From contig MU054001.1 of NCBI GenBank assembly GCA_013239625.1, forward strand, positions 4,690,167-4,754,166: a stretch of DNA of 64,000 bases, given 5' to 3'. The position numbers and the translations under genes are program-made. The notes under the pieces are model-generated. The model had not been told where the DNA came from. It saw nothing but the letters and a program-made list of their open reading frames with translations, and did not search any database. Positions 36,381 through 51,165 of this stretch are shown here, piece by piece; position 1 is the stretch's first letter, and the number at the start of each line of letters is the position of its first letter. The DNA comes from Lama guanicoe (taxonomy: Eukaryota).

Positions 36381-38074
36381 TGTAAATTGTAAGGTTATTT
36401 TAAAAAATGGCTGCCATGTAACAGGCAACCGATTCTTTCTCCTCTTAGAGGGTGGTGGGAGTTGGGGGTTCCTGTTAATTGTTTCTCAGAGAGATGGACA
36501 GCAGGACGTCCCTTAGGGATTTTGGTAACATCATTTCTTCTTGCTATGAACACTCAGAAGGGAGTGAGTTCCCCGTCACTGGAAGGGACCAAACCTGTGG
36601 CAGAGGGGACTGAAGTACTGTTGGGGAGTGGATTGGGTACATGATGGGCTCAGTGCTAGGACAGTGGGGTCTGCTCTCTCTGTTATGTGTCATTAGCGAC
36701 TTCTACTCCAGATCCTTGGTGTGTGAGGACGTGGGAAGCTGAAGATGCTCCGGAGAAGGGTAAACTGAGAGTGGGAGGCATGGCTCACTGAAGGCTGGAG
36801 CCCTGTGGTTAACCAGGGGTCTTCCCAGCGGCCTCTGCTCTTGCTGCCACTGATCTGGAAACAACCTGCAGTGAGTTTACATTCATTGAGCATTTCTCGT
36901 GTGCCCGGCGCTGGGCCAAAGTGCTTAACCTGGATTATCCAATTTAATCCTCACCACAACCAGGGGAGGCAGAAGGTGTGCTCTGTCCATTTTCCCCCTT
37001 GGTGAGGCTTAGTAACGGATCCAAGGGCACACAGCTGGTCAGTGGTGGAGATGGGGTGTGAACCTTCTGTCTTGGGGCTTCCTGGACAGCCTTCTGAAGC
37101 CCCTGGGATGCAGGCTCCCCAGGGCAGTGTGTTTGTTGCCCCAGCACTTGGAGAGAGCCTGGCACGAATGGAGTAGGTGCGCAGTAAATATTCAGAGAAT
37201 GAATGAGTGAATGCAAGAAGTTTCCCAAGATGAATAGGAAGTGATTGCTTTGTACTGTTGGCCCATTTGGGCAGGGAAGGAGAAACCCAGGGCAGCAGTG
37301 GCGAGGAAGGGGTGATACCCACGTGTGCTTGGCTGGCCTGACTTCCTCCCTGGAAAACCTACAAGGGGGCCACTTGGCTCCTAGTGGGGTGGAGGGCGTG
37401 CTTATTTGTGGGTGTTGGATAGTCAGTAGGGAGATTTCGGGTGAGTTTTGGAGGTCCCTGGTCGGGGGAAGACATACATGCACGTGAAGGCTCACGCGCA
37501 CGGACACACACACAAACACACACTCCAGTGTGTTGGTGGAAAGAGGTATCCACTTGTCCAGTTTTACCAGACAAAAATGCAAACTCTTTATCCCACACTA
37601 AATTACACTGCTAAGGCTGTACCTTTAATAATCTCAGCTTATTATTTTATTAAATCTATCCATTTGTTTTCTTCTGGTCTGAATAAATAGAAGACCTGTA
37701 CCCACCCACCCCCAACTCTTCCCTCCTGTTCACTCCCAGCCTCTCCTTTCTTAGTACCGTTTCTCCGGGGATTCAGGCTAAGGCTAGGGAGCTGATTCCA
37801 AGAGGTTCTTTCAAATTAAGGAATGACAAATGCAGGCCGTACTGAAGACTAGACTAATTGCATTCTACCACAATGTGTGGACACCCCAGGGACCTGGTGA
37901 CACTGGACAGGCTCTGTGGGGGCAGCCCCTCTGGGCCCAGGTGGTCAAGCTAGTGGTCAAACTCATTAACCCCTCAGCTTCCAGCTGGAGCCTCCACCCG
38001 TCAACCCCTGGGCCTCCACGTGACAGGGGCTTCCTTAAGTGGCTCCTGGCACCTTCTTTGTCATTAGCTTTGTC

Positions 38075-38320
38075 ATCCATCCATCCATCTATTCATCCAT
38101 CGTCCATCCATTCATTCTCTCATTCAGGTATTCACTCATACCATGGTTAGAAAGTGACTTCTTTAGACCAAGCCCTGGGGCTTCAGTATTTCATCCTTTC
38201 CCCACTCCCTCCATCCATCCAGTCATTCATTTATTCACACCATGGTTACCCATTCCTTTCTCCTGGACAAGACCTGCAATGTACCCTTTCATTCATTCAT
38301 TCATTCATTCATTCATCATG
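38075..38320. repeat. (CATC)n/(CATT)n simple repeat region
   Basis: catccatccatccatc ... ttcattcattcattcattcattcattc. Confidence 0.75.
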
Positions 38321-41234
38321 TAGTCAATCATCAAGCAGGGATCCTGAAATCTGGGGCTTCTCAGAGTTGTCTCTATGCAGTTCTAAGCCAAGAGTGCCTG
38401 TGGGGAGGCCCTTACAGAATAACCCAACAATAACATTTTTAGGAGAAGATGAACTAGGACGGGTGAAGCCCTGTTTAGAGGGAGTGTGAGCCGGGGAGTG
38501 AGGGATACGCAGCTCACTCACAGCCCGCGCCCAGCACTGACTCATGACCTGGCTGAAAACTCATCCATCCATCATTCACTCCTGGAACCTTCAGCAAGTG
38601 TTGGGGATCTACTCTGTGCCTGGAGCTGAGATGAGCTGGTAACTGGCTCTGCCGGGGACGGCGGACCCTGGCAGGCTGTGGATGTAGCACCGTCCTCAGG
38701 AGTGCTGGTCATCTGAGCCGGGCTGGGGGCAGTGTCTCTGCTTCCGAGACCTCCTGGGGAATGATGTCATGGCCACAGGCTGACACATTGTGTGCAGGCT
38801 CCTGGGTGACCCAGCACTTCCCACAGGGTGCTCTTTCTCAGTTTGCGCCTCTGCATCACGTCAGTCTTCTCAGCCTCCTCGTGTGTGTCTGTGTGTGTTG
38901 GGGGGCTCCCATAAATCCACCTATAATGTATTGACATTTCATGAGGTTGGTGAGTGGGGAATCCAGACCCTCCTGGCTCTGCTGGATGCTGCCTGAGGGC
39001 AAGTCTCCCCCTCAAACCCCAGGTCCTCAGTATCCCCACATGCGCAACAGGTGGTGGCTGGGCACTCCCAAAAGTCTATTTCGGCCTCTGAACCTCGGTT
39101 CCTCAAATGTAACGTGTATCTAGTGAAAGAATTATGAGTGGGTTAAATGCATTAATATACGCAGAACATTTATGACCAATAATATAAGTAAAGAAACAAC
39201 ATAAATAAAGATGAGCCTGGCATAGAGTAAGTGGTCGGTGAGTATAGTTTATGATGAGATATTTCAAGTCTATTTATGACAGTAGGCACAGTGTAGGGTG
39301 AGATGAGGGCCTGGCCACCGTGTAAGGACGTCCTGGTCATTCAGGTTGAAACAGCAGAGGTGGGAGGGGGCAGGGGTGGTGTAGGGGCGCCGAGGGAAGG
39401 GTCAGGGATGCCAAGGAGGGACCAGGGGGCCACATGGCCCAGTGGTGATGTTCAGGACTTCACCTGCCCTGCCCCACACTTGGAAATGGAGTTGAGGGAG
39501 TGCTCCTGGCCACAGCTGCCTCGTTTGGGGGGGGGTACCTGGCATGCCACCCCAGCCACACCAGGTTCTCCTTCTCGCTGTGGTCCTGGGCCAGGTGGCC
39601 ACCTCCCCGCCTCTGCGCCTGCGCCTTCCCTGGGCCTGACAAGCTTAATCTCCTCCCACCACCGCCGAGGCTGGGCCTGGGGAGGCCTCAGTCATTGAGG
39701 GTCGACAACTCGGCAGCTTAGCAACAAAGCCCGCAATGGCAATTTTTCTGGAGGCTGAAACATGAAAATCTAGGGAAAATTGAAATTTTCTCTGCTGAGT
39801 TGTAGATTTGAATGAGTGTAAAGGGTGCGTGGGGCCCCGCAGAGGGGCTGCATCGTTGGCACCAGCACATCAGTGAGAATCCTAGGGCTCTCCCCTCCCT
39901 GCGGGCCAGGCCACCTCTTCTCCCCTGCCTGCCTCTGCTGAGCCGGAGGCGGGCCGGGCGCTGTGCTGGGCAGGCAACGCCACCTCCAGCCCTCTCACAG
40001 CTGCAGGGGAGGGAGGCACACACCGAGAGCCCCGGAGTTCTGTGCAAAGTGTGGGTCAGAACAGGGACTCCAGGGAGGGGGGAACAGAGCCACTTTTAGG
40101 TATATGCAGCCCAATTTTAGGTGGCTCACACATTTTTTTTTTTAGTAATTATGTATTTATTTTAATGGGCATCACCAAAATATCATACTCATGATTTCAT
40201 CAAGGTAATTATTGGGGATTACGCTCAGGTAGGTAGCACTGTTAAGCCTGAGCCAGGTGAAAGGACAAAGTTGAATGATAGTAATAAAAGTAAATGAGAA
40301 TAAATAGGGTACAAGTCTGGAAGGTGGCCCGAGCACGACAGATCCTTGGATAGACTCGGCTCCCTAATCTAGCGCCACCACCTTAGGTAAGTGTGGTGGA
40401 TAGGTTTCCTGAACATGGAGCCTGAGGCCAGGACTTGGGTTCAGCTTCTGTGATCGGGAAGTAGGAGCTCCAGGAAGCAGGTGTGAGGGGCAGGAAGAGT
40501 GAGGCAGGGAAAGGGAAAGGTCACTACTGCTGCGGACCCCCTGGCTGGATTCTGCTCGGACCTTCATGTGTGTGCGGGACCCCCAACAGGCTCCAGTCCC
40601 CCTTTGGTTGAAGGCCACCTCGGGGGGCGTTAGCTCCCCCACCTTCTGAAAAGAGGCAGAGCCCTGAAGGTGAGAGCTCCGGAGTGGGGGGCCTTAGACC
40701 CACCACCGCTGCAGCCGCTGACCCTGCAGGGCTGTGATGTGCTCCCCGAAAGCTCCTGCTGCAGCCGGCCCCTCTCCATCCCTCAGTGTCTTCTGTAAAA
40801 TGGGACCAGGCTTGTGACTGTCTTGCACAGTTGCCCAGTGGGCACTTGGCACATCATTGGTGCAGAGAGAGCGAGTATTTTGGGGGAGTGCCTCAGTCCC
40901 CCAGGTTGTGGGAGGCTCCTGAGTTCTCCAGATGCTGGAGAGGGTACCCTTGAGATGGGATGGATTTGAGCTGAAAAGCAGAGGATCTGTGCTTCGAGGT
41001 CAGACAGCGCGCCTGACTTGTCCATGGAAGTCTGGCCTGAGGAGCGTGCCCCCCAAGTGGTGTCTGGGCTGTAGATGTGGATACTACCCTAACATCCTCC
41101 CAGGATTCTCGGCTGGGCCTCCAGCCTGGGCTCTAGGTGAAGCTGGCTCTGCAGAGGGAATGTTCTTCCTCCTCAGTGGGCGTCACCCACTCAGTTTCTT
41201 TCCCTCAGATGTGATTCCCACACACGCATCCCAC

Positions 41235-41465
41235 AGGGTTCAGAGCACAGACTCTGAGGTCAGGTGTCCCAGTCAAAGCCCAGCTTAGCCATTTCTGACT
41301 GATAAGACCCTGAACATGTTACTTAGGCTTTGCAAGCCTCAGTTTACTCATCTGCAAAATGGAGGCTGGCAGTAATAACTCGTCAGACTGTTGTGACTGA
41401 AGTGAGATAATGTGCGTGGCATGGAGCAAGCACTCAAATGTTTAGCACATAATAAATGTCATTTA
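41235..41465 (+). mobile_element. MIR SINE
   Basis: gagcacagactctgag...gttactt...gcctcagtttactcatctgcaaaatgg...tgagataatgtg. Confidence 0.8.
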
Positions 41466-44400
41466 TTATCCATGTGTTAAAACATATAACATACGTGTAT
41501 ATATATAGTATGAAATAGAACATACATATTAATCATTTTTCCATGTCTTTAAGCTGTAGATTAGAGGCTTCCAGTTCTAGGTTAGAGGCACCCTGTGGTT
41601 GTCTCTGGTACTGGGTTTTGTGAAAATTATATGAATCTGGTCATTTATTCACATTCTTTATCCTCACTGAGGACTTCTTCTGTCTACACTTCCATTAAGA
41701 AAGTCAGGATACAGGCTGCATTCTGCAGATGAGGTGAGGAGAGCCTGGAGGCCAAGGGTTTTCCTAAGGTCACATAGCTGCCCAGGGTTGCAACCAGCCC
41801 CAGAACCAAGGTGCTGGTTCAGTGCTGGTCCAGCCCTCTGGGACAGACCCAGGGCCAGTCCTGGGGGTTTTGCTGCGTTCTGCCTGCGGCCAGCCAGACT
41901 CGGAGGGGATGAGCGCGGATTCTCCCTGGGCCTCCCTCCGGGAGCCCAGAGACCTCCTGAACCTGGCTCAGGCCCCGCCCGGATGCCCTGCCCCTGACCT
42001 CCCCCTGGCGCCTGCCCTGATTGCTGTGATCTCAGAGCTGAGCCCAGGTCTCTGGGGACTGAGGGGCAAGGCCCCAGGGGTGGCGGGCTGCTGAGCGGGG
42101 CCTGGTGGGGCAGTAGGTTCTTAGGACAGGGGTCCCCTGCCGCAGCTCCCAGGCCTATACCTGGCACCTTCTCTTGTGCCTGCTCCCTGGAGGAGCTGGG
42201 CTGGAAATTAATTTCAGGGGCAAAGCTCTGGAGTGGCCATACGATGGAGACTTTGGCCTACTGTTCCTGAGCCTCCGATGTCCATGCTCACTCCCACACG
42301 GGGTGTCCCAGACTTTGGTCCTTGGTACCCACCTGCCAGGATTTTTGCAACATTCGATTGTCACTGGTGCTATGATTGCCCTAGTCTTTTTCTTTAAATC
42401 ATCTTTTTTGTACTTTAATTCATTTACTTAATTCTGCAAGTGGAAAAACAGTATCATTTGCTGTAAGTAGGCAGTAACGTTAAAAGTAAATTAAAAACAG
42501 ACCCAAAGAAAACCCCACGTTCAAGTAGTTCCAGCCAGAAGCTGTGGCAGTCTGAAAACACTGAGCCTTGGGGTCTGTTCTCTCTTTGTTGGGATGTGAA
42601 AGAGAGAAATTAAAGACACAGCACCCAACGGAGCCCTTCTCCTCGGCCTGATGTGAAGGTTGAAAAGGGAATTGAAGGGGCACTCACTTTCTCACTTTGT
42701 GTATCAGTGCTAAGGCCAACTTGGCTGTCCCCTAAAATCCTCACGGGCTCTAACAGTGGTGCATATCCCATGTTTGAGGGTACGCCGATCAGTGGAGTGC
42801 CTCCTCCTTCCTCAGAGCACAGTTTGAGTGCCCCCTGCCTCCCCGCGTGGCACCTCCTCCTTGCCCACACATCCCTGATCCTGCCCAGGAGTGAGCCATC
42901 CGGCACTCACGGGCCTTCCCAGGGGAAAGCTCCCTAGAGCCCTACAGATGAGCAGGAGCTGTGTGTCCGTGCCTGTACTCCGCAGACCCCGAGGATGCAT
43001 TGGATTACTGCCTTCTTGGGCCCTGATGAACACCATGAAATGAGGGCCTGTCTCTTAGCCACACAGGAGACCCCCCTACGCGCCCTGCCCCCATGGATGC
43101 TCCAGGAGGTGAGCAGAGCAGGGCGCTGAGTAACAGACTGGGTTTGGGTGGCTGTTGGAAGGGCATCCGTGGTGAGCACTTTGGCCTGAACAAAGGCTCG
43201 GAGGCTGCACCGGGTCAGGCATGCTTGCTGGTAACAGCTTTGATGGCTTTCCAGAGAAATAGTGGCTCATTCCAGTTTCCTTCCAGTAACTGCTGTGAAA
43301 CTTGGGGCAGCTGCCCTTTCTGGGTCCCAGGTGTCTGATCTGTAAAATGGGAAAATGATGATGGGCAATCACGTAGGACAGACGTGGGGATTTAATGTGG
43401 TAAAGCTTTTGAGGAGGTGGGCTCCGTGCCTGCCACTCACAGAGGGCTCTGCAGCTGGTGGCTGCAGGGTGGGGCTGGGCTGTGGGCAGTGGGAAGTGAT
43501 ACCAGTTTGAGGTTGAAAAAATGGCTCAGAGTGACTATATCCCAGACCTGAAAGGATGCAGGGCACAAAGGGGCACCCCAAGGACTCAAATTAGACAATG
43601 ATGCCAAGTGCCACAATTCAGGGTGAAAAGTGGCCCAATGCCAGTGCCCTAAAGTCAGGGAGGACACCAATGGTGGCAGAGGCAGTCAGGGAAGGCTTCT
43701 TGGAGGCAGTGTCTTGAAGCACGAGCACCTACTGAGCAGGCTTGGCGTGCCGTGGTGGCAGTATGGTCTCCAAAGGTGTTGCTACGTCCCTCCCCACAAA
43801 GGAGAAAGAACATTCTCTCCCTTTCAGAGCCTCAGATAAGGGTACAGCTGCGGAAGCCACATACTCTTTCCCCTGAAGTTGGCAGAGGAGATGCCTGAAC
43901 ACTTCTCAGAAGCTTCGAGGACTTCCAGACTGTAGCTCTGACATCTGCAGCTAAAACGTAGGGAAGAATGCTATCCAAGTAAGTTTAATCCTAATCAAAG
44001 GATTATTTTCTTACGGAAAAGCTTCACCTATACTTAATAGTGTTAAATTGTTCCTGGTACCAATTAGACTTTTAATTTTGCTGTTCCCTCCGGCAGCTGG
44101 AGGATGTGTGTGGTTTGCTTTAATCAGAGTTAATTTTTTTTTTGGCTGGTTCCGGGGGAGGGGAGGAGACAAGGAGACTGGTGTTTGGGGGTTTCCTTCT
44201 GGTCCTGCCAGGGCCGTGTCTGGGTGAGAGGTGCTGGGTGCCTCCGAGTTTGGGCTTCTCTGTTGGGGCAGCGGTGGACATCTCCAGAGTGTGACCCAGA
44301 GTTCCCTCGTGCCCGCCGGAAGGCGGCTGGAAGGTTCTGGCGCCACAATCCTGCCTGGCGAATCCAACGCCGAGTTAAATCTATGAATTATCCAACAATT

Positions 44401-47400
44401 TCTGCAGCAATAGGGTGAGTTATTATTGATTCACAGAGCACGACAAAACATCGCTGCATGAATTAGCAAACAGCTGTTTCTAATTTGAGTTTAGAACGGT
44501 ACACAGAGGAACTTGTTTCTCTGTTCACTCCTTTCATTTATAATGAATTTTAATCACCGCTACAGGTGAGAAAAATGTAGAAACAAGCTTGTATCTTGTG
44601 GAAGAAACAAAGGAGAGACAGATGCTAACAGATTTCCAGTCTGTGATAAAAGGGATGTTTTGGTACACTTTACATGTAATTAGAGTGCAGCTGTTTCCAG
44701 TCCCAGGTCCACGAAACACGGCCGAATGTGGGCTCCGCCGATCTCCAAAGGGAGTAAAGAAAAACAGTGATTCAACCCCGAAAGCATTTTGCTTTCTCTT
44801 GAGTCGCTCAGAGAGCCCTTTGCTCTGGCCCTTGGCGGTGTTGTCTCGTGAAAGCTCACGGAGATAACTTCAGAGGTGCTTTTTCCGCACCTGGGGATGG
44901 TGGGAGGCCGGTGGGGTGAGGTTGGGGTGTGCAGGGGTCCCAGGCCAGGGGGCTGATGGGAAAGCCTTCCAGAGCCCCTCTGCTTGCTACAAGCGCTCCA
45001 TCTTTGGGGAGTGCCTCATGGGGGAATGTTGGGGGCCCTTCTTTTCTGGCAGGAGCTGATCACGACACCCTACTTTAGCTGGTTTGATCACAGCCAGCTC
45101 TCGGTGAGTTGACGAGTGCTGGCTTTATTTTTTTTCCTCTGGCCTGCTTAATTTCTGCAATAAAACTCAAGCTCAATTGCATTTTCAATATCAGTGCTAA
45201 GTAAATTTGTCTAAGGGATGGAGCAGCCGGGCAGGCTGTGTGTTCTGTGAGGTCAGAGGCTTCAAGGGGAAAGGCGGATGTCTCCTTCTTCCTGTCCTGT
45301 GCGTCCAGCAGACCTTAGGGACGGCAGCCCTTGTGGATGAGGGGGCAGGGGTGTTCTAGGCGTCAGACCTCATCCCCCATCCCCTCTACCGTGAGCCTGG
45401 AGACCCAGGTCCAAGCCCTAGCAAGGCTGCGGGTGCCTTAGTTTCTCCCTCTATGTAGTGAGAGGGTTGGGCTGGGTGCTCTTGAAGGCTTCTTTCCTCT
45501 CGGATGTAACTGGGATTGCAAACGGCAAGGGCCCTATGGGCCTTTATGCAGGTTGAGTGTCTTTTGCTTTGAAAAGCATGTTTTGTAGGGGTAACTGCTG
45601 GTTCTTAAGCTAGACCTTCCTGGTTGTTCATCAGGAAGATGGGACCCCTCACCGTCCTGTGTCCACTCAAACCATCTTGGCTGTTGCCTGCCTCTCTCTC
45701 TCTTTATCCTTCTCTCTCTCTACCGTATGACCTTATGTTGAACTGGGAGCCAGCAGCATTTTTATAAAGCATTCCTCATATTCAACATGTTACTCACTTA
45801 TTTCATCTGCATAGCAACTCTATAATCAGGACTATGACTATTCCTATTTTACAGGTGAAGAAACCGAGGCTGGTTTCTTCTGTAATATTGAGGAGGTTCA
45901 TTCACTCGATGGAGCTGGGATTCTAAGGCTCCGGCAGAGTCCAGCTGCTGGACTCAGCCACCAAGCAAACACAAGTGCCTTTGCTCATGATGGGGAAGGA
46001 GACCCTGCAGGTCTGGACAAACAGGAGAGTGAGCACACCTGGTCCTAACGGGGAGCCACAGCGCTGCTCAGTTGCTCATGCGCCAGATGTGCATCCTGTG
46101 TCTCCAGGTCTTTGCCTTCTCCTTCTAGAGCACCCAGAAGTGAATGTGGATGTTTGAAAACACTTTGAGAGTCCCTGATTTCTAACTGTTGGCATTTTTA
46201 CCAAATAACTGATAACTAAGTGGTCTCCAGCCCGTCTAATGGGGGGACAGCCGTGGTGATCTGTGTCCCCCAGCTCAGGTCCTCATTTCTCTTAGTCCAG
46301 CTGGCTGACAGCCCTGGGCTGGGAGTCCAATCAGCTTTTCCATTTACCATCTGCTTTGTGACATCGGGATGTGCTGTAACTCCTGTTCTGTTTTCTCATC
46401 CATGGGGTTGACCACCCAACTTACTGTGTAAACCCAGCTCCTTTGAGTGTGAAAGAGGGATACCAGCTGGGTGGGACGCTGGGCTCCACCCCAGTATACC
46501 TGGGTGTGTGGCACCCTGCTTACTTGTAACATGGGATTAACAACCTCCACCACCACCTCAACCATGCAGAGTCGCTCCAGTGTCAAAGGGATAATGGGTG
46601 TGAAAATGCTGTGTAAAATTATAAACGCCATAGAGATGATGGGGCTTACAATTAATGATAGTCATATAAGTTACACTAGTAACCACCTTCATTTTCTGTA
46701 GCCAATATTTAGTGAGTATTTAGCAGCATATATACATTACTCATTTTGTAAGGAAGACACTCTTATTATCCCCATCCTATGGATGAGGAAATGGAGGCTC
46801 AGAGAGGTGCTGTGACTTGTCCACGGTCACACAGCTAATGAGTGGCAGCTTGGTCTAAGCGAGCCTGTACTCTCAAACCATGGCTCTGCTGTCTCCCAGG
46901 GGCTGATGTCTCCCCAAGTCTCTTCAAGGTGATGCCGATGGTTTTGGCTCCCCAGAAGGTTATTAAGGGTCTTAATGGCAGTTATTTGCTGTCAGGTGGC
47001 ATTTCAGGAGCCCCTGGAGACAGCTAGAAAAGGGCACGCCAGCCATGGCTTTCAGTCCGTCGGGAGGTCTGCGGGCGCTCAGAGGCTGTGCCAAGTGTCC
47101 CTTAGAGGCGGGTCAGAGACTAGGACCCCACCCTTCACCCACCACGGCCAGCTGGAGAAGCGGCCCCGAAGGGCAAAATGCCTTCTCCCTCCTCCCAATT
47201 TTGGGCCACTGACCTCTGCATGCCAGCCTCCACCCACACACTGTCCACTGCCCCCCGAACCAACCACCCCTCCCCAACCTGCTTATTTTTTATTTCCAAA
47301 CTGAAAGAATGATCCCCGCTTTCCCTGTCTGTGGCCTTGCTGGGGATGATGAAATCAACTCTGCCAAGACATTGTGAGCTCCCTGGAGCAGGGAAGGGTG

Positions 47401-50400
47401 AATACCTGTGGCAATAGGAATTGCTATTTTTATTATTATTTTTTTTTTTGCCAAAATCATAATTCTAACTCAAGATTTCAGGTGGAGCCACATCGGCTTC
47501 TGGTAGCTGGGACTCCTTGGCCTCCCTCTGAGGAAGGACCCTCCAGCTGCCTCATCCTCCTCCTTCCCAGGGTCTCTCGATTTCTCAGGGGTTGGACGTC
47601 TATCCTTTACACCACACCCTCGTCTCTACCTTCAGGAAAACCAAATATCTACATGCATGACTGACTACTGCTTACATGAACTGTTTCCCCACCTCTTTCA
47701 AAGTGCTTCAAAGTGGCAAAGCGATGGTTTAGGGTTGAAACTTCAGACAGCAACTAACTGACAGGATTGGGAAGATAAGAGCATAGAAACCTAAGGATGC
47801 CAGATACCTTCTGCACCCCTCAGAGGTCAGAGCCAGCCTCTGGTAATCCACCACAAACTCTGCCCACTTTGGGACATGGCTTTGTGGCAGGTGGGGTTGT
47901 AAGGTGTGGGGCCTCCTCTTGGCTCTCTTTAAGTTGTACATGTTGGCAATGAGTAGCTTCTGCAGTGGGGCAGGCCCTGAACTGGCACTCAGGGCCCAGA
48001 AAGGCAGTATTGTCCAGTGGTTAGCAAGTGGGGTTCCGGGTAGTGGCGCTTGCCACTTGCTAGCTCTGTGTGCCCAGGAAGTTGCTTTCCTTCTTGGAGC
48101 CTCAGTTTGTACAGTTTTAAAGAAGGGAGGTGTAACAGCACCTACTTCATAATGATGTGAGAATCAGATGAGAAAATGCTGGCAAAGGATCTGGCTTATA
48201 GAACATGTTCTATAAACAGTAATTACTTGGTTTTTATGAGCTTAGTCCTGGGCCTGTGTGCTCCTGCTGTGTGGCCTCAGTTTCCTCATCTATGAAATAG
48301 GATGAGTGATGGTCTGTGAACTTCCTCTTGCTGACCCCCCTGCCCCCCATCCCCCACACTAATGTTGACTTTACATAAGTGGATGTCCTTGAGTGGAGGA
48401 GTATTCTGGGATGGATGGCCAGCTTTGGCACCTGGTAAGAGGTAAAGAACAGGACAGGTACTCTTGTCCCCTTCTTGTTGGTGGGCCTCTCCCTGGGCCT
48501 AGGTTGAGTCTGGATTCTGCCTCTGGGGGCTGAGCCCCTGGTAGACGCTGAGAGAATGAGGATGCCCCATGCAGGCGGGCACTCTGGCCTGGTGGCCTCT
48601 GTCTCCTACTGGGCCTTCATACCAGGGGATCCAGGCCCTGACTCTGGTCTGGGGGTTAGCTGTGAGGGGCTCTCAGGAAAGCTCACATGACAGTTTATTG
48701 GAAGCAGCCCCAGGAAAGGGCCTCAGAGATTGCCCAGTCCAACCTGTCACAGAGGCAGAAGCACCCCCATCTCCCAGCAACAGAGTGACATCTGGAACCA
48801 GGGCTCACCAAAGATCTATGTTCCCTCTGCTGCACCAGGTTTACAGGGGTTGCAGGGGAAACAAATTTGGGTAACGGCTTGAGATTTCCTAAGAAGAAAT
48901 CAGATGCACCCAGATGCTCCCCACCCTCAAGCTGAATTTTCATCTTTTCTTGTGTGGAAAAAGCCACCTGTCTGTTTCTGGTTGCTTCTGTGCAAAGTGC
49001 AGTCAGTGCTGTGCCCTGAAGCACATTAGTGTCTTGTCGCCTTGGGCTCTGGGGAGCATTGATCTGTGCTCCCAGGATGCCCGGGATGCTTTCTACCCAC
49101 TTTGGATGGGCCTCATCATCAGCTAGGTTGCAGCTGACCCTCTTCTGTGGCTGGAGACCTCTCTCTGGACTACAGCCCAGCTCCCTGGTACCTGCCAAGT
49201 GCTCTTGTCTCTGCTTGAACAGCAGAATTTTGGGGACACTGCCCTAAAGCCTCCTTTTTGAGATGGGATGCATAGATCCTTTCTTGGAGAAAACCTGATG
49301 GTTAAAGTCTTCTTCTCTATCACTGGGAATCAGGAGACCCTCTCTTTCAATTTGCTCTGTGCCCTTTGAACATTGTACTCATACGCTCCTCTGCTCATGG
49401 CAGACATCACCAACTGATTTGGCACTCATTTCTTCTGAGCCCAGATATGGCCTCAGAATCCTCCTGAACACAGCACTGTAGGCGACCACTAACAGTTTAC
49501 CATCCCTGCAAGTTCTCTTCTCTCTCTCGGCCTCAGCCTCTCCCTCTGTATCATGCAGGATTGGCAGAGGTGGCTTCTGAGTCTGGGGTCCTGTTTCTTT
49601 GAGCCTGAGGAAGGGCCACAGTTATTCTCATTCCTGGAATTCCAGATGGAGGCAGAGGGGTTGCTCCACCTGGAGCACCACAGAGCTTTGTCTTGTGGGG
49701 AACTTGTCTTCTTGGCAATTTTCACTTCCCCAAGGAAACGGCTGAGTAGCAAGGAGACCTTTTGGGGCTTCATGAAGAAGATCAAGCCTTTTTATGGCTA
49801 CTGTGGAGACAATCTGGATGATTGGAGTATTGTCCAAAATTACTTTTCTATTCATCCAGATGGGACCCTGGAGGCCAAAGTTCTAACTTCCCATGTTACA
49901 TGGAGCCAGATCTCCTACTGGACTCTCTGTCCAGTGCTCTTTCCTCTGCCCAGCACGTCTCCCACTGGTGCCTTGCTGCTCCAAGTCTCTGTGCTGTGCA
50001 TGGTCTGGGGTGCCCGTGGGGTTGGGCCAAGGTGGGGTGCACTCGCGGGAGCCCTTGGTATCCAGCAGTCCCCTGCACACAGCACTTGTGGACTTGAATG
50101 GAAACTTTACTCCGGGGACTGCTCAGCTTTTGCCCCCTCTGGAGCCTGGTGGTCATTTTTATTCACTTGAATGGAATTGCCCAGCCTAGGGATGTCCATG
50201 AGACCCAGAGCTGCTGGGCATCAGCTGTTTTCACCTTCCCAGGGAACCCTCCCCGTGTTCTCATTCAGAGCAATTTTTCCCTCTGGTTATCACTTCAGTG
50301 ATGGAGTGATAACTCCTCCCTCCCTCCTCAGCCTGTGCCCCTCGCTGCAGGACGGTCCCCCTTTCGGCTCACCCCTGCGGCCCCCTGGGCTGGGCCACTC

Positions 50401-50911
50401 TCCCTCCCCTGTCCAGGCACTTCCTCGATTCTCTGTGACAGGAAGCGCATGGAGCCGAGCGTCCCAGCCATCCTCTGCTCCACCCAGACAAGGCGCGTCT
50501 GAGGCCACGTTGTCACTGCTGCCACCTCAGCGCGCGGAATTCACCAAGTGTGGCCACGTCAGCTTGGGATCCACATGGCCCTTTCTGCCGCTGGTGTAGT
50601 CTGAAGCCCAGTGTTCTTTTTTTCTCCCTAATTGAGTTTTTTTTTCGAAATGCCTCCTCTCTTTTGTGCTTATTTTGGTTCTCTTCCTGCAGTAGACCGC
50701 AAAAGCCTCCTGCTACCCATTTCCTATCAGGCCTATTTTCAGGATTAGTCATTTTTAAATGACTTGAATCTCCTTTCTGAAGGTGATTTTTCTACTCATT
50801 TTGTTATATTTCTTCGATCGTGCGTGTTCTGGAGGGCGAGGGTCTGGCATTAGTCATTGGGTTTCCCACTTGATTGTTTCATGTGACAGTGCCCCCTCCC
50901 AAAGGAGAGAG

Positions 50912-51165
50912 GCAGGGTAGTATGGTGAGTGAAAGCACCGATGCAGAGCCTGCTCACTGGGTTTGAATCCTGGCTCTCCTGTCTGCAAGCTGTGTGACTT
51001 TAGGCAAGTTACTCAGCCTCTCTGTGCCTTAGTTTTCTCATGTGTAGCTGGAAATAATAATAATACTTACCTCATTGGACTGTTGAGAGGATTGAATGAG
51101 TCAGCACATATAAAGCTTTTAGAAGAATGCCTGGCATAGAGTAGAATCTATATAAACATTTACTT
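50912..51165 (+). mobile_element. Near full-length MIR SINE
   Basis: gggtttgaatcctggctct...gctgtgtgactttaggcaagttactcagcctctctgtgcctt...gcctggcatagagta. Confidence 0.9.

Noticed and set aside
40090..40345. AT-rich block that looked like a conserved element
   Set aside because: It more resembles a decayed hAT-Charlie (MER113-like) fragment. The family assignment is too uncertain to list as a feature.
24305..42926. Isolated perfect EBF sites TCCCnnGGGA (24305, 29889, 42917)
   Set aside because: An 8-bp-specified motif is expected a few times by chance in 64 kb of GC-rich DNA, and these are not clustered.
49553..50170. 205-aa ORF with a somewhat protein-like middle
   Set aside because: No family recognised, no codon bias and no clear splice signals. 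A tblastn or Dfam search would be needed to exclude a decayed retrocopy or LINE.
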